NCBI GenBank assembly: GCA_028534125.1
Contig: CM052852.1
Location: 77,438,001-77,502,000, forward strand
DNA: 64,000 nt
Reading direction: 5' to 3'
From: Lama glama
Lineage: Eukaryota
The position numbers and the translations under genes are program-made. Positions 49,576 through 62,430 of the stretch are shown here, in pieces. The notes beneath the pieces were generated by a model, which was not told the DNA's origin, searched no databases, and saw nothing but the letters and a program-made list of their open reading frames with translations. How positions within the stretch are numbered: the stretch's first letter is position 1; each line of letters starts with the position of its first letter.

Positions 49576-50856
49576 CAATCAAGAGTCCTAAATTTAGTGG
49601 AAGTAATTTAGGAAAAACCAAATATCTGGTGTGGTACAAAATGATAAGAAATTGGACTAAAACAGAAACTTCCATCCTGTTGGTCAACTAAATCAAGTGC
49701 TTGCATCATTAAAACACTGACAAATAGTTGTTTAAAGATGCCTCTTTTTCTTTTTAATTTTGCTTTGCTTTTTTTCCCTCCTACTCTGTTAGATTTCAGA
49801 AAAATTAACAAATTTTTATGGTAAATCACCAAGATATGGCACATTTCACAATTACTGTGTGATTTTTTTTTTAATTTATGCTGCCCTACACAGACAACCC
49901 CAGTACTGCTGGTTATCTGTTTCCAAGCTGCCGGTTTCAGCTTCAAGAGATATCTGGGAATATTTCACTCGCTTCAGAATTTCCATAAATATTCAATGAG
50001 ACTGAATGACCAGAATAGATCTGCACATTTCTTCTCTTTGCAGAACATGTAAGGAGTGGGGAGACTTTGTGCTGATTTCCAGCTTTGATTCAGAAAAATC
50101 TTGGCTCTCAGAGCCATGAGCATCTGTAGCTCCACACCCACCTGAGCTAATCTTGAATCAGCTGCTAAGACACGTCCAAGGCTTTGAACACTCACATAGA
50201 CTCACTAAAAGCTCTTTACATGGAACACTCTCACCATCAGCTCTGACTAATGTATCATTTAATAGAGGCTGCTATAGGCCTACTAAACACTCTCCACTGC
50301 TATGAGTGATCTAAGTGTGATGAACTGAACCTTCTAAGGCATCTAAATCCTGGGAAATTTCACATGATTATCATTAATGAGACAATCTCAAGTTAATTGG
50401 TTTGGGGCATCCCCACTCCCAAACCTAAGTTCTAATGGGTATTATAAGCCAACATGAAATTAGCCTGACTGTGATATTTTCCATCAAGTCTAGGATTCTC
50501 TCACAAAAGAATTCCTGATTTGCTTGTAGCTTTAGCTATAATATCTGAAACTACAGCATCATGGAGTGCTATAGATCATTGCATTTTCTGCTAGGCAGGC
50601 ATCCCACTGATTTAAGTTTGGTTACCCAGAGCCTCAGCAACACATTTATATGGTGAAGAGGAAGCACAAACTACAGAGTACTAGCCAGACTGCATGCTTT
50701 TTATAAACGATCTATTGACAATTATTTCAAGTCAGTATGCAAACAGTCCCTTCCTTTAGTTCACAGACTATTTCAGTAACTTTGATCAGAGAGACAATAA
50801 ATAAAATCTCTGTGGTTATAGTCACAAGTCTTTGAAAGAAGTCTTAAAAAGGACTT

Positions 50857-50880
50857 GATGATGAAGATGATGATGATGAT
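50857..50880 (+). repeat. (GAT)n short tandem repeat
   Basis: Seen directly. Confidence 0.9.
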
Positions 50881-50948
50881 TATATATAAAATCTTCTCTT
50901 GTCAAGATTAAAGAATGCAAAAGAGAAGAGGTAAAAAGTTGGAGAGAA

Positions 50949-51873
50949 GGAATAACTCTCCCAGACTTCAGACAATACTACAGAGCTACAGTCATCAAGA
51001 CAGCATGGTATTGGTACAACAACAGACATATGGGCCAATGGAACAGAATAGAGAGCCCAGAAATGAACCCACAAACTTTTGGTCAACTCATCTTTGACAA
51101 AGGAGGCAAGAATATACAATGGAAGAAAGACAGTCTCTTCAGCAAATGGTGTTGGGAAAACTGGACAGCAGCATGTAAATCAATGAAGCTAGAACACACC
51201 CTTACACCATATACAAAAATCAACTCAAAATGGATTAAAGACTTAAACATAAGACAAGACACAATAAACCTCCTAGAAGAAAACATAGGCAAAACATTAT
51301 CTCACATACATCTCAAAAATCTTCCCCTAGGGCAGTCTACCCAAGCAATAGAAATAAAAGCAANNNNNNNNNNNNNNNNNNNNNNNNNNNNNNNNNNNNN
51401 NNNNNNNNNNNNNNNNNNNNNNNNNNNNNNNNNNNNNNNNNNNNNNNNNNNNNNNNNNNNNNNNNNNNNNNNNNNNNNNNNNNNNNNNNNNNNNNNNNNN
51501 NNNNNNNNNNNNNNNNNNNNNNNNNNNNNNNNNNNNNNNNNNNNNNNNNNNNNNNNNNNNNNNNNNNNNNNNNNNNNNNNNNNNNNNNNNNNNNNNNNNN
51601 NNNNNNNNNNNNNNNNNNNNNNNNNNNNNNNNNNNNNNNNNNNNNNNNNNNNNNNNNNNNNNNNNNNNNNNNNNNNNNNNNNNNNNNNNNNNNNNNNNNN
51701 NNNNNNNNNNNNNNNNNNNNNNNNNNNNNNNNNNNNNNNNNNNNNNNNNNNNNNNNNNNNNNNNNNNNNNNNNNNNNNNNNNNNNNNNNNNNNNNNNNNN
51801 NNNNNNNNNNNNNNNNNNNNNNNNNNNNNNNNNNNNNNNNNNNNNNNNNNNNNNNNNNNNNNNAAAAAAAAAA
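50949..51873 (+). mobile_element. Young 5'-truncated L1; uninterrupted ORF2 fragment 50949-51363, then gap and A tract
   Basis: Open frame [22 protein letters not shown]...QWNRIESPE...[24 protein letters not shown]...[10 protein letters not shown] is classic L1 ORF2p sequence downstream of the RT domain. Confidence 0.97.
51364..51863. other. Assembly gap (500 N)
   Basis: Run of N. Confidence 1.
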
Positions 51874-54800
51874 ATCCTAGTATCCCAAAGGTCCAAGAGT
51901 TCTATAAAAACTTTTATGAGCAGCCTTTTCCTATTGCAATAGTAGTGGACATGAAGCCCAAATTCTTGGATGTTCTAACTGGCTTACAGAAAACAACTGT
52001 GCCATATGCAACAACTGAAACTAACCCTTCTGTTTAAAAGCAGTAGTTTCAAGACAAATTGTGGGCAGTGTTGGCCTCACTTAAAAGTTTTTATTGGCTG
52101 AAACAAAAGCTGTATTTTGAAATGACATATCAGCAAATGGCACTAATGATGCACCATAACTCCCCTTGCTTAAAAAAAGAAAAAAACCTTCAGTGGCTCC
52201 CAACATACTTCAGGATGGAGTCCTTCTTACAATATATAAGGTCCTTCGCAATCTTGCTTCTTCCTACATTTACAGCCTCATCTGCTGCCATTCCCCCAAA
52301 CCTACCAGAAAATACTTCACTCCTAACACCCTGAAATACTTTCCACCCCTCAAACAAGCTAGGCACTTCCAGGCCTGTTCACCTTCACACCTGCTCTGTC
52401 TCCCATTTTCCCCTCCTTCTCTACTCATCATTTACCACTTATCCTTGAGAAGCCATCCCAGCATCACTAGGTATAGTCATTCTCATGGTCTTGTTTACCA
52501 ACCTCTATAGAGATTCCAAGATATTCTAACACTGTGTTTATATGTCACAATCACTAGTGAACACACCTGTGAGTTCAGCCATGTGCATACACATACACAC
52601 ACACATACTTACATACCTCCTTGGAACTAGAACTCATTTCATATTCATTTCACACTTTCCAGTCTCCAGCAAACTGCCTGGCAAAGAGTAAAGACTCAGA
52701 AAGATGGTGGAATTTATGTTTGTGTGTGGGCATGGATTTGCACGGAGTACACAGAATCTGTTGTCTGGACCTTCTTTGTTAGTGGCTGATAGCTTACATT
52801 TGCCAGATGGTGTGTCTATATTATAAATAGATAATGGACAAAAAAAGGAAAACAAGGTATAGCTAACTGGTCCAGTTGGGAAAGAAATCCTTAGCCATAA
52901 CCTTAGTCTTGTACACTAATCACGTTAGCCCTTACTGAGGACAAACTTTTTCATAGGAGAACCTACTTAGATGCAAGCAAACTTTTATTATTCCCCACCC
53001 CAGGCTTCCTTGTTCTTGGGACACAAAGCATGATTTTCATTAGTTTCCTTTTTTTAGATCTTTTTCTGAGCTCCTTAATCCATCCCCCATTTATAGAGTT
53101 ATTTATGATGATTTGGCAGACACAAAGCTCTTTGCCATGACTCAATTGGCATTTTAAATTATTTTAATTTCAAAAGAGGCAGCAGTGACACAACCATTTT
53201 TAACCACTAACTACTTAGAAACTTCCCTATTTAGGCAAATCCATTCTTGCAAGTAGAATGGATTTCATGATGAACTGAGTCACCAACCCACATGTCAAAC
53301 CAGAGACTTTCATTTTACCACATTGCATTGATATTCAGAAAAGAGTTCTCAGGGGGCTTTGAAATATATACTACTACTGTTAAAGGAAAAAAAAAACCTA
53401 AGTCAGTATTCTGCTCAAGGATGGTAAAAAGAAGTTAGAAGAAACCTGTTGTTGTGATGATTGCCTCTCTTAAAAGATCACCCTGGAACCACTGAACAGA
53501 TCCTGAAGAACAAAGGGCAGCTGTGGGATTCCTGGAGTCTTCTTTAAAAGAAGAGATGTCAAAATATAACAATAACTAGCCATTAAACCCCTGGACTACA
53601 TGACAATTGTTTATAGTGACTGCAAGTGAAATAGTTGCAGCCTGCCTATCCCTGTCCCCACCCCATGAAGACTTAACTCCATCCATTAACATGTGTTTGG
53701 AAAATGCGTGTAAAACTACCTTTCAAAAACATCATTAGGCACACTTTTACCCAAAATGCACAAGTGTTCACAAGTGCACACACACGCACTCACTCTCACA
53801 CACACACCCCTCACAAAAGGAAAAGGATTTCTCATTCCAGAAGCCTAAGTACAGAATCTAAAAGCAAAACGTCATGACATATTGAATTGGCAAGGAGTGT
53901 CCTCCTCCTTTCCCTGTACTTGGAAATTCACTTAAAAACATAATGGGAAATAAAAACAGTAGTTTAAAATGTTTATTTTATAGAGGGGAGTAGGGTTGGG
54001 AAAGGGGTTGAAAGCGAACTTTCATCTTTCACTGTATATTTAGGACATCTTCGATGATTTTTTTAAATAATAAGTATACATTCATATATTTTATTTGAAC
54101 AATGAAAAATAAGAAAAATAATGAAGGGGAGAAAATAGTGTGCCCTAAACTACTTATATCTGTGGCACATATATCAGAAATAGATTGTGCAAAGTTTCCC
54201 CTTATTGTTCAAACTTTCACATACCTTTAATTCTACTAGGACTCATTATTTGATGCAAGAAATTTTCTTTATCCCACCCATCAGACATCTCTCAAATACA
54301 TTCTAACATACAGGCACACGTGCATGTGCGCATATTCCCCATGCACCTGCCCTCTTACCATCACCTTCAAGCCACTCAAAAATCATCAGGGGAGAATGAG
54401 AAAATCTAGAAGAAAAATCAAGATCATCACCATAACCAACCAAGCATCTAAGTTAGAATACAGTGAGTTAGCCAGTCTATATTAAGGCTGTATTTCAAAA
54501 TCTAAGTCTCACTGTTTTGTGTATTCTGTGTTTGTGTGTGTGTTTTATTTTTCAAACTAAGTTTTTGCTGCTTCTTTATATTATAAATAGATACACACAT
54601 ACATACTTACGCACAAACATAGATGTGTGAGAGAGACCTCTAAAAATTTTTTTACCTCTGATATCCTAGAATTCATAAAAATCTAAAGCACATTTTCCAT
54701 GCACAAAGATTGGTCACAAAAATGATATATCTTCAGAAGGCTTAGTTTGACGTTCCAGAAGTATTGAGATAGATGCATTTGATGTTACACACACCTACCA

Positions 54801-55249
54801 TCTTCAGCAACAGAAGAGCAGTTTTCGTATTTCAACCTTGGAGAGTCTTATTTGCAATAACTCACACTGGGAAAACCCTCCTGGGTCATAACAACATAAT
54901 TCCCTTCAAAAACTACTGTTTCTATTTCTAAATTACATTAAAAAGAAACTCCCAATATCCCAATACAAAAGGTATTTCACAGTTCTCTTTGGATAGGTGT
55001 GTAATGATTATTGCAATATTACTGGGAATTTTGCAAAATACAAAGGGATCTAAGGAGGCAGTATGGTCTCATAGTTCAGCAAGAAGGTTTAAGAATTCCT
55101 TGAGATTGAATTTTGGTGACCCCAACTCCAAACATACAAACACTCAAATTGTTGGCATATTTACTGAATGCTACATTTTTACAAGTAGAAATGGGAAAGG
55201 AGAGTAAATTATAACTGAACACCAACAAATAACAGAATAAATAATGAGG

Positions 55250-55950
55250 GAATCAAGTCAACAAGTATTTACTGTCAGCTCCTCAAAGGATTGGCAGTGG
55301 AAGGGGAAGTAAAAAGGACTTTGAAGATGAATCCTGCTCTCAAGGAACTTCCATTTAGATCCAGAGGAAAGATGAATCTACATGAAACATGTAGAGCAGG
55401 TAATTTCCAGAATTAATTTGGGCTTTTAAAAAATTCAGATTCCTGGGCTCACCACCAACTTACTGAATCAAAATCTCTGGTGGGGGTGATCAGAAATCTA
55501 TATTTTTAAAAAGCTCTTCCAATCATTCTGATAATCAGTTCATCTTGGAACCCACTAAATGAGAGGCAACGCAAAAGGGTGCATAAAGAAGTGCTAGATC
55601 AGTTTTTGATGGAGACAATTTTTGATGCATAATTCTTTGAAGAGAGAATCAAAATGCTCCAGGAAATTAGAGAATAAAAGGATTAATGAGGCAGCAGTGA
55701 TCAGGAAAGTCTTCCCAGAGAAGGTGAGACCAGAGCTGTGCCATGAAGGATGGGTAAGATTTGAATTGGCAAAGAGAAAAAGGGATGGCATTTCAAGATG
55801 GATAATATAGCATCATCAAAAGAAAGGATGTGAAAAGGAACAACTTCAGAGCACAGGAACAGACCAGCAGTTCCAGAGGAGCCACTGTTGAGAAATAGAG
55901 TGAGAGAAGATTGGACCTATAGGAAGATTAGGATACTAAGGCCAGTACAC
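55250..55950 (-). mobile_element. L2 fragment interrupted by a MER5-like MITE (about 55400-55557)
   Basis: caacaagtatttactg...tcctgctctcaaggaactt; MITE ttaaaaaattcagattcctgggc...tactgaatcaaaatctctgg; L2 resumes tcaggaaagtcttcccagagaaggtga. Confidence 0.75.
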
Positions 55951-57089
55951 CAGTGATGCTTACAGCAGAAATGGTTCCTCTGGGCACCATAATTGTGGTA
56001 CTCTTTGCAACCAGATATTCTTTCGATTGTAGGAAAGACAATGAGATATGAAATAGGTAAGAAACATGGGAATAAATGATAAATGCAGTATCTTCTTTGC
56101 AAGCACAAAATTTTCCCAGACTCCACTATAACTGTCCAAAACCATCAGGTGATAGTTTCAAACCAAATGCTTAAAATCCTTCAATAGTTTCCCATTTCCC
56201 TTAGGGTAAAGTTCAAACTTTTGAACATAGTTTACAAGGTCCTTTATGGTCTGCCATTGCCTATCTCTCATCATGTATGTTACCACTCAGGTTGGACCAA
56301 ACTGACAAAATCAAACTTCCAGTCATTCTACAATTAGGAAAAAAAATCTGAGCAAGAATTCTGTGCATTTGCTCTTTTCCCCAGTGGCCCAGAACTTTCA
56401 TTTCCCCCCTTTACAGTATCAGTGGTCAATGAAGAGATGAAGCAAAATAGAAAAATAGTTGCATGAACATTTAGACAACAAATGAAACCCAGTGTATGGG
56501 TTTCCCCCACCACAGAGCCCAACACACAAATATGCTCCCTCAAATATTATTGATCAATCAGGTGCTGTTGTCTCACCTACACAGAGACTATGGCACTCTT
56601 TTATAACATAATGGCAGCCAACACTCCTGCAAGACCTGATTGTTTTATATTCAGATGTTGCAACATTCCTCTGACTCTGGTAGTAGGGTTTCAATCTTTG
56701 GCCGCATTGAGCTCAGTTGCCTCTCATCTGATATACGATGAGACTGAGACAAACCAGAAGTAGTACTGTTTAGCAGTTTTAGTGTCGTGTTCAAGATTCA
56801 GTGCCCTCTAACATCAAATGAGAAAGCATTTGCTATCACAGATGTGCTCTGATTAAGTTAAGGCAATACACAAAATATTCCAATTCATTCCTAAGACCAA
56901 TTTAAAAGTGAGTGGTTATTTGCTTCCCAAAAAAAGTTTTAAAAAGAAACAAAAAATCTATTTTCATTGTTTTTCAAACAGATTTACAATAAGATGTGCT
57001 CAGATAGTGAATATCCCTAGTGCTTTGAAAACAGCATAATATTTATAACTGTCTTACTTAAATGAAAGTTCTAGGTAATAATACTGTTT

Positions 57090-57610
57090 GGGATGGTGGA
57101 AAGAGTATAGGCTTTGAAGATGAGGAATTTAAATCCCCACTCTTTCACTTTCCACTCTGCCACTTTTGCGTGTGCAAGCCTGAGGTTCAAAAAGGTTAGA
57201 TAAGATGGCCCAGTTTCCTCATATATAAAATGGGCGTAATATCAATGCTTACTGCAGAGGGCCATTGGGAGGATTACATGAGATAAGAATGGGAAAGTAT
57301 TTGGTAAATGTCAGGCTCCTCATGAGGTCCACCTTTTGTAACTGGCACTTTATATTAGTTTTTATTTTATTTAATTAAAAATTTTCTTAATGATTTTGTC
57401 AGTAGCATGGTGTTGTAGAGTACATGGGCTTCGGCATCAGACAGCCCTGGATTCAAATCCCACTGAGCTTTCACTTCTTTATGTACAAAACGGATTTAGT
57501 AAAAACCTACCTCCTGAAGGTTGTTGGGAAGAGTGAAGAAACGTGTGAAGTATCTATTTATCACAGTGCCTGATAAGTTGAAAATCTTCAATTAATGGTA
57601 GCCATTATTA
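57090..57610 (+). mobile_element. Two MIR SINEs
   Basis: cagtttcctcatatataaaatgggcgtaata; catcagacagccctggattcaaatccc. Confidence 0.8.
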
Positions 57611-59192
57611 TTTTTCTAACGACCATTATTGTTTATTCCATAATGAGGTACACTTGTGTTAAATTACAAATGGAAACCTCAGCCAGGCAAAACAAACAAA
57701 CAAACAAACAAAACCACCTAAGGCTATTTCAACAGCTGATTTGGGTCATACAATTTTTATAAAAAGTCAATTTAGTAAAACCAGTATGAACTAAAGCAAA
57801 ACAAAACAGTCCATTCAACCCAGTGACATTTAAGCAGCAAAGACCAAAAAAAAGTTGTCAAAAAATTATTCCTATTTGGCTGATTGTGTCATCACAGTGT
57901 ACACCTAGCCTAATGTTGACTCTCTCATTGATCTGAAATGATTATCTGATGTTGTTTTACCTACCTCAAAGTAAGAATCTACATTCATTTTTAGGATTGC
58001 ATATTCCAATGAACAAAGAAGCCAGCAGGATGTATAAGAAAAAGCCAACATAACCTCTGAATTCCTTTCATATTGAGATTCTGTGGATCTCTAGAATCTC
58101 ACTTACTGTGTGACCATGACCAAGCAACTTGACCTCTCTGGGTCTAGGATTCTCCATCCTCAAAATGAGGGAGTCGGCTCTAAGACTCTATAATTCTACT
58201 TTAAAATTATAATCATTCTGCAATAGCCACAGGGCAGAAAACCTGAGACTCCTGCAACTATTGCTCTTAGCAAAATCAACTCCATATAAAACTATGGAAA
58301 AAAATTTTCTTATTTACCTTTTTTATTGCTCTCCCCTTGTCCAGGGCCAGAGTGATTTATTATAACATCACTGTAAAGTGATTTCTAATATGCTCACCAA
58401 AAGTCAGAGAGGAATATAAACAAATCAGAATCCTCAATAAATGCTCCAGAAAAGGAGTTTAATTTTTAAAAAACCTCTGTTTCCAAGGAGCCTATGCTGA
58501 TACTGCAAGTGAGAGAAGCTACCTTCGGAAACACTTGGAAATACCATACAATTCAACTCCTCATAATCTAGGCGGGAGAGAACTGGAGATATATTTCATA
58601 AGAATCGTTTGGGGGAGAAAAAATACCTATGACATTTCTACATTAAACGTGAACCAAACTCTTTGCAGGAGGCAAAATGGGGACTAGATTTTTCTCCAGT
58701 GCTTTCAGTAACACCCAGTAAAATAGTGATTAACCAGGACTCTATAAATACAAACTTCAAATTTCCAGAATATTCTTGCTATACTCTGCTCTAAAGAAAA
58801 TGCAGCCAGTTTTAGACTCTCTGATCAGACCTCAAAGGGTGACCACAATTAATGATGGTGATAGTCTGGGCCCCAGAGCATTCATACACCTCTCTGGGCT
58901 TCTTTATGTAGCCAGAGAAGATAATATATAGATAATACTTCTATAGGTAATATTTATACAATTTACATAATATATATTATGTTCCTATTATAATATTTTA
59001 TAGATAGTATTTATTGAGCACTTACTCTATGCCAGGCCCTGTGCTAAGTGATTATTAAGCATAATCTTATTTAGGAGACTGGTAATGAGGGAACCCAACC
59101 AAAAACCAGAGAAAGAAACCCAGAGGGGTTAGCCAGGAGGAATAGAGGTGGAGCCATGAGGTGTAGTTGCTCTCGCATAAAAGATTACAGAA

Positions 59193-59371
59193 TTCAATAT
59201 TTTGTGCTAATCTATAATGAAAAATAATAAAAGAAAAGTTTTCTTATTCTTTTATATCTAGATATAGATATAGGTAAAGATATGTGTATAACTGAATAAC
59301 TATGCTGTATACCGGAAACTTAACACAACATTGTGAATCAACTATACTTAAATAAGAAATGTTAAAAAAAA
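59193..59371 (+). mobile_element. 5'-truncated L1 3' end with poly(A) and 14-bp TSD
   Basis: actatgctgtataccggaaacttaacacaacattgtgaatcaactatact plus A tract; flanks aaaagattacagaa (59179-59192) and aaaagactacagaa (59372-59385). Confidence 0.9.
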
Positions 59372-61549
59372 AAAAGACTACAGAAACTTTAAGACAGCTA
59401 TCACGACTTCTATGGCCTTAGACCTCTCCTGGCTGCTACTCAGACGGGTTCCAGAGAATGCAACAACCACAACCCTTTGAGCTTGGCTCTGGCAACTGTC
59501 CTATGGAGCTCCTGAACCTTCAGTCAGCCACATAGCCTTAAAATTTATACTTCTTGAACCTTGCACTGATGCCTGGTTTCACAGTATCTAATGCCAGCCT
59601 GTCTTGCATTGAGCACGAGGGGAAATTAAGAAGCCAAACAGGAGAGTATTGCAATAGTCCAGGTGAAAGAGGTTTAAAATAGGATGGTAGCAGTGGAGTG
59701 GGACAGAAACGAGTATATTTGAACTATATTTTGAGGATAGTAAAATTGGCATGTCTTTCTCTGGGGTTTTATGTTCACAATGAATGCCTAATTGTTCCAT
59801 CTGATTTGGCTGCTGTCTTTGTCAAATTGGTGTATTTGTTTCAACACACCAACCAAAATAAATCTTGGTTTAGAGACTGGATTTCTCGCTTTTGGTGATA
59901 TGTGGATACAGCCTAAGACACAACAATTCTAAGAAAAGTGATGAAGGAGAGAACATAAATATAAGTGATAATTCAAACCAAAGGATCAGAAAGGCTACAG
60001 TGTGCCTTTATCTCAAATCTTCTTTCATAAAATATTAATATTTTCAAATGGAAATATTACCTCTGATGCAGATTGAGTGCCATTCAAATGGCAACAGGCC
60101 AAGAAGAGAATTTTTTTTAACATCAATACATTAAGCTCCCTGTAAAAATTTGTTTTCTGCTGAAACTTGTGCACAAAAAATTAGAAATAGAATCAGTGAA
60201 GCATATGCTTTAGCACATCTTTTTAATCAGCTTCTTGCATGTATTAGTTTAACTCCCATTGTTATAATTTCATCCTTGCTGGAATGAGTTTTACTTTGCC
60301 TTATTTCAGCCCCCAAATCCAGACATTTAGAAGTAATCAAAATAACCAGAAAACGGCCTGACCCATGCAGCCCACCAGCTACTTTGAGATCTAAACTGTA
60401 TCTCTAAGCCAAGGGACATCCAAAAGGAAAGTAGAAAAGCCAAGCAATCATTTATATATTTGAACATGGTGGTGTCTAGAAGATCTGGATGCTTCATGGT
60501 TTTTCTCATTTTAATTCAATTTGCCTATGGCCTGTTCAGAAATACTTGTAGATACTTGAAACATCTCCAGGAGATTTCTGGCAGGTGAACCAACAACAAT
60601 TCAATAAGCTTTTTTTTTTAAGATATACTATTATATACCTTGAATATTATTTATCAGACATTTATTAGTCAGTCATTAATTTAGAAGGTGACACTTCTAG
60701 ACTCCTTGACTGAACTCTGAACTTCTTAATTTAGTCAAGCAACTGTTTTGACACATATTTTCTAACAAATTTCTCAGTTGGTTGATGCCCATCCTGAAAG
60801 AAGATCCCCTAGGCATAGACTGGCACAATTATTATAACCAGTTGACATGATTAGTCCTAAGGTCTAGCTTTCAGGGAGATTTAATTTCCAGATTTCATTA
60901 AACTAGCCAAAAGACTCACATCTTTTCGTGTTCTAATGTCCGCCTACAAACCCGTAGTTATAGTAACCAAGAGCAAATGCTCAGCCTCAAAGGATTATCA
61001 GATTTGAAGCAATGGACTAGATTTGGCAGTTTCTCTGCTGTCAAAGATGCTAAGGAACTTAGATGCAAAATAGTCTCCTACTCTTTCTCTCCCTTACTTT
61101 GAAATGACAGTTGAAATGTCCACTTCCTAGGGAATGCCAGTCAGTCTTCCATGCACCCCTTCAAAAGTAGGCAGCAGAGAGACAGAAGAAGTAAAATGTC
61201 AGGTAAGATGCATAGGGTTGATGGTTATTATTAAAAGAAGAATAGAAAGGGAAGACTCCTGTAGAAGTTGGCCTGGAGCTAAAACATGAGGAATGAGTAG
61301 AATCTGAATTGGCAGAAAGGAACACATAGTGAATTCAAGGTGTATGCAAAGGTCCAGAAGAGACTGTGAGTACCGTGTGAATACAGAACCAGGTGAGGTG
61401 AAGCAGATGATCCCTACGTCTTCGAGCTACAAATGGTGGTAGTAAAGATTTCTCCTGAAGGCTGAGATTCCAAAACAACTTTACACATGGATCTGACTTT
61501 CTATTTCCATTTGATTCAGCCACTAGGATGTGAGTTTTAATTGAGGCAG

Positions 61550-62029
61550 TACAGTAGGCAGAATAGTGGTCCCCAAAGATTTCCAAGTCCTAATACCTAG
61601 ATGCTATGAATGTGTTACTTCACATGTTAAAAAGGACGAGAAATGAGGAAAGTGTCCTGAATTATCTGGATGGACTCAATGTAATCACAAGGGTCCTTAT
61701 ATGTGAAAGAGAGAGGCAGGAGAGTCAGTCAGAGAAGGAGATGCGATGATGCCAGCAGAGGTGGCAGTAATGTGATTGCTGGCTTTAAAGATGGAAAGTG
61801 CTCATGAGCCAAAAAATGCAGGCAACTTCTAGAAACTGGAAAAGGCAAGGGAATGGGTGTTCCCCTGGAGCCTCCAAAACAAATACAACCCCTGCTGACA
61901 CTTTGACTTGAGCTCGGCAAGACCTCCTTGGAACTTACCACCTCCAAAACTGCAAGACCATAAATCTGTGCCGTTTACAGCCATGAAGTTGGTGGTCTTT
62001 GGGTACAGTAGCAACAGGAAATTAATACA
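61550..62029 (+). mobile_element. MaLR solo LTR (MLT1D-like)
   Basis: aggcagaatagtggtccccaaagat...aatgtaatcacaagggtcctt...gcaacaggaaattaataca. Confidence 0.9.
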
Positions 62030-62269
62030 GGAAATTAATTAATATTAATATTAATTAATACAATTAATACATCTAATAAATGCTATCCAAAGGGGCATGA
62101 CCAATTCGGGGTTTATGCGGTCCAATATTCATCCCCTGGAGGCCCACAGGTGGGAAAGGACAAGAACAGGCACCAAAGGTGACATCTTAGGACTGAAGGA
62201 TCCATATATTAGGAACCAGGATCCCATTGTGACTGGGAACTAAAAGTACAAATTTAGGTAGTATTAATA

Positions 62270-62430
62270 ACAATCATGATAACAATGAAAGCCCCTACCA
62301 GCTGTTCCAGGCTTCATGCTAGCACTTGACCATTTATTTTTATCATCATTAGAAGCCTATAAAAATATGTTTTCATTATTCCCTATTTTACATAACCTCG
62401 TTTTACAGATGAGAAAACTAAGTTCAAGGG
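62270..62430 (-). mobile_element. MIR SINE
   Basis: ttttacagatgagaaaactaagttcaagg. Confidence 0.7.

Noticed and set aside
51030-52037. 335-aa ORF as a gene (also other ORFs crossing N runs)
   Set aside because: The length is an artefact of reading through a 500-N gap; the real part is L1 ORF2.
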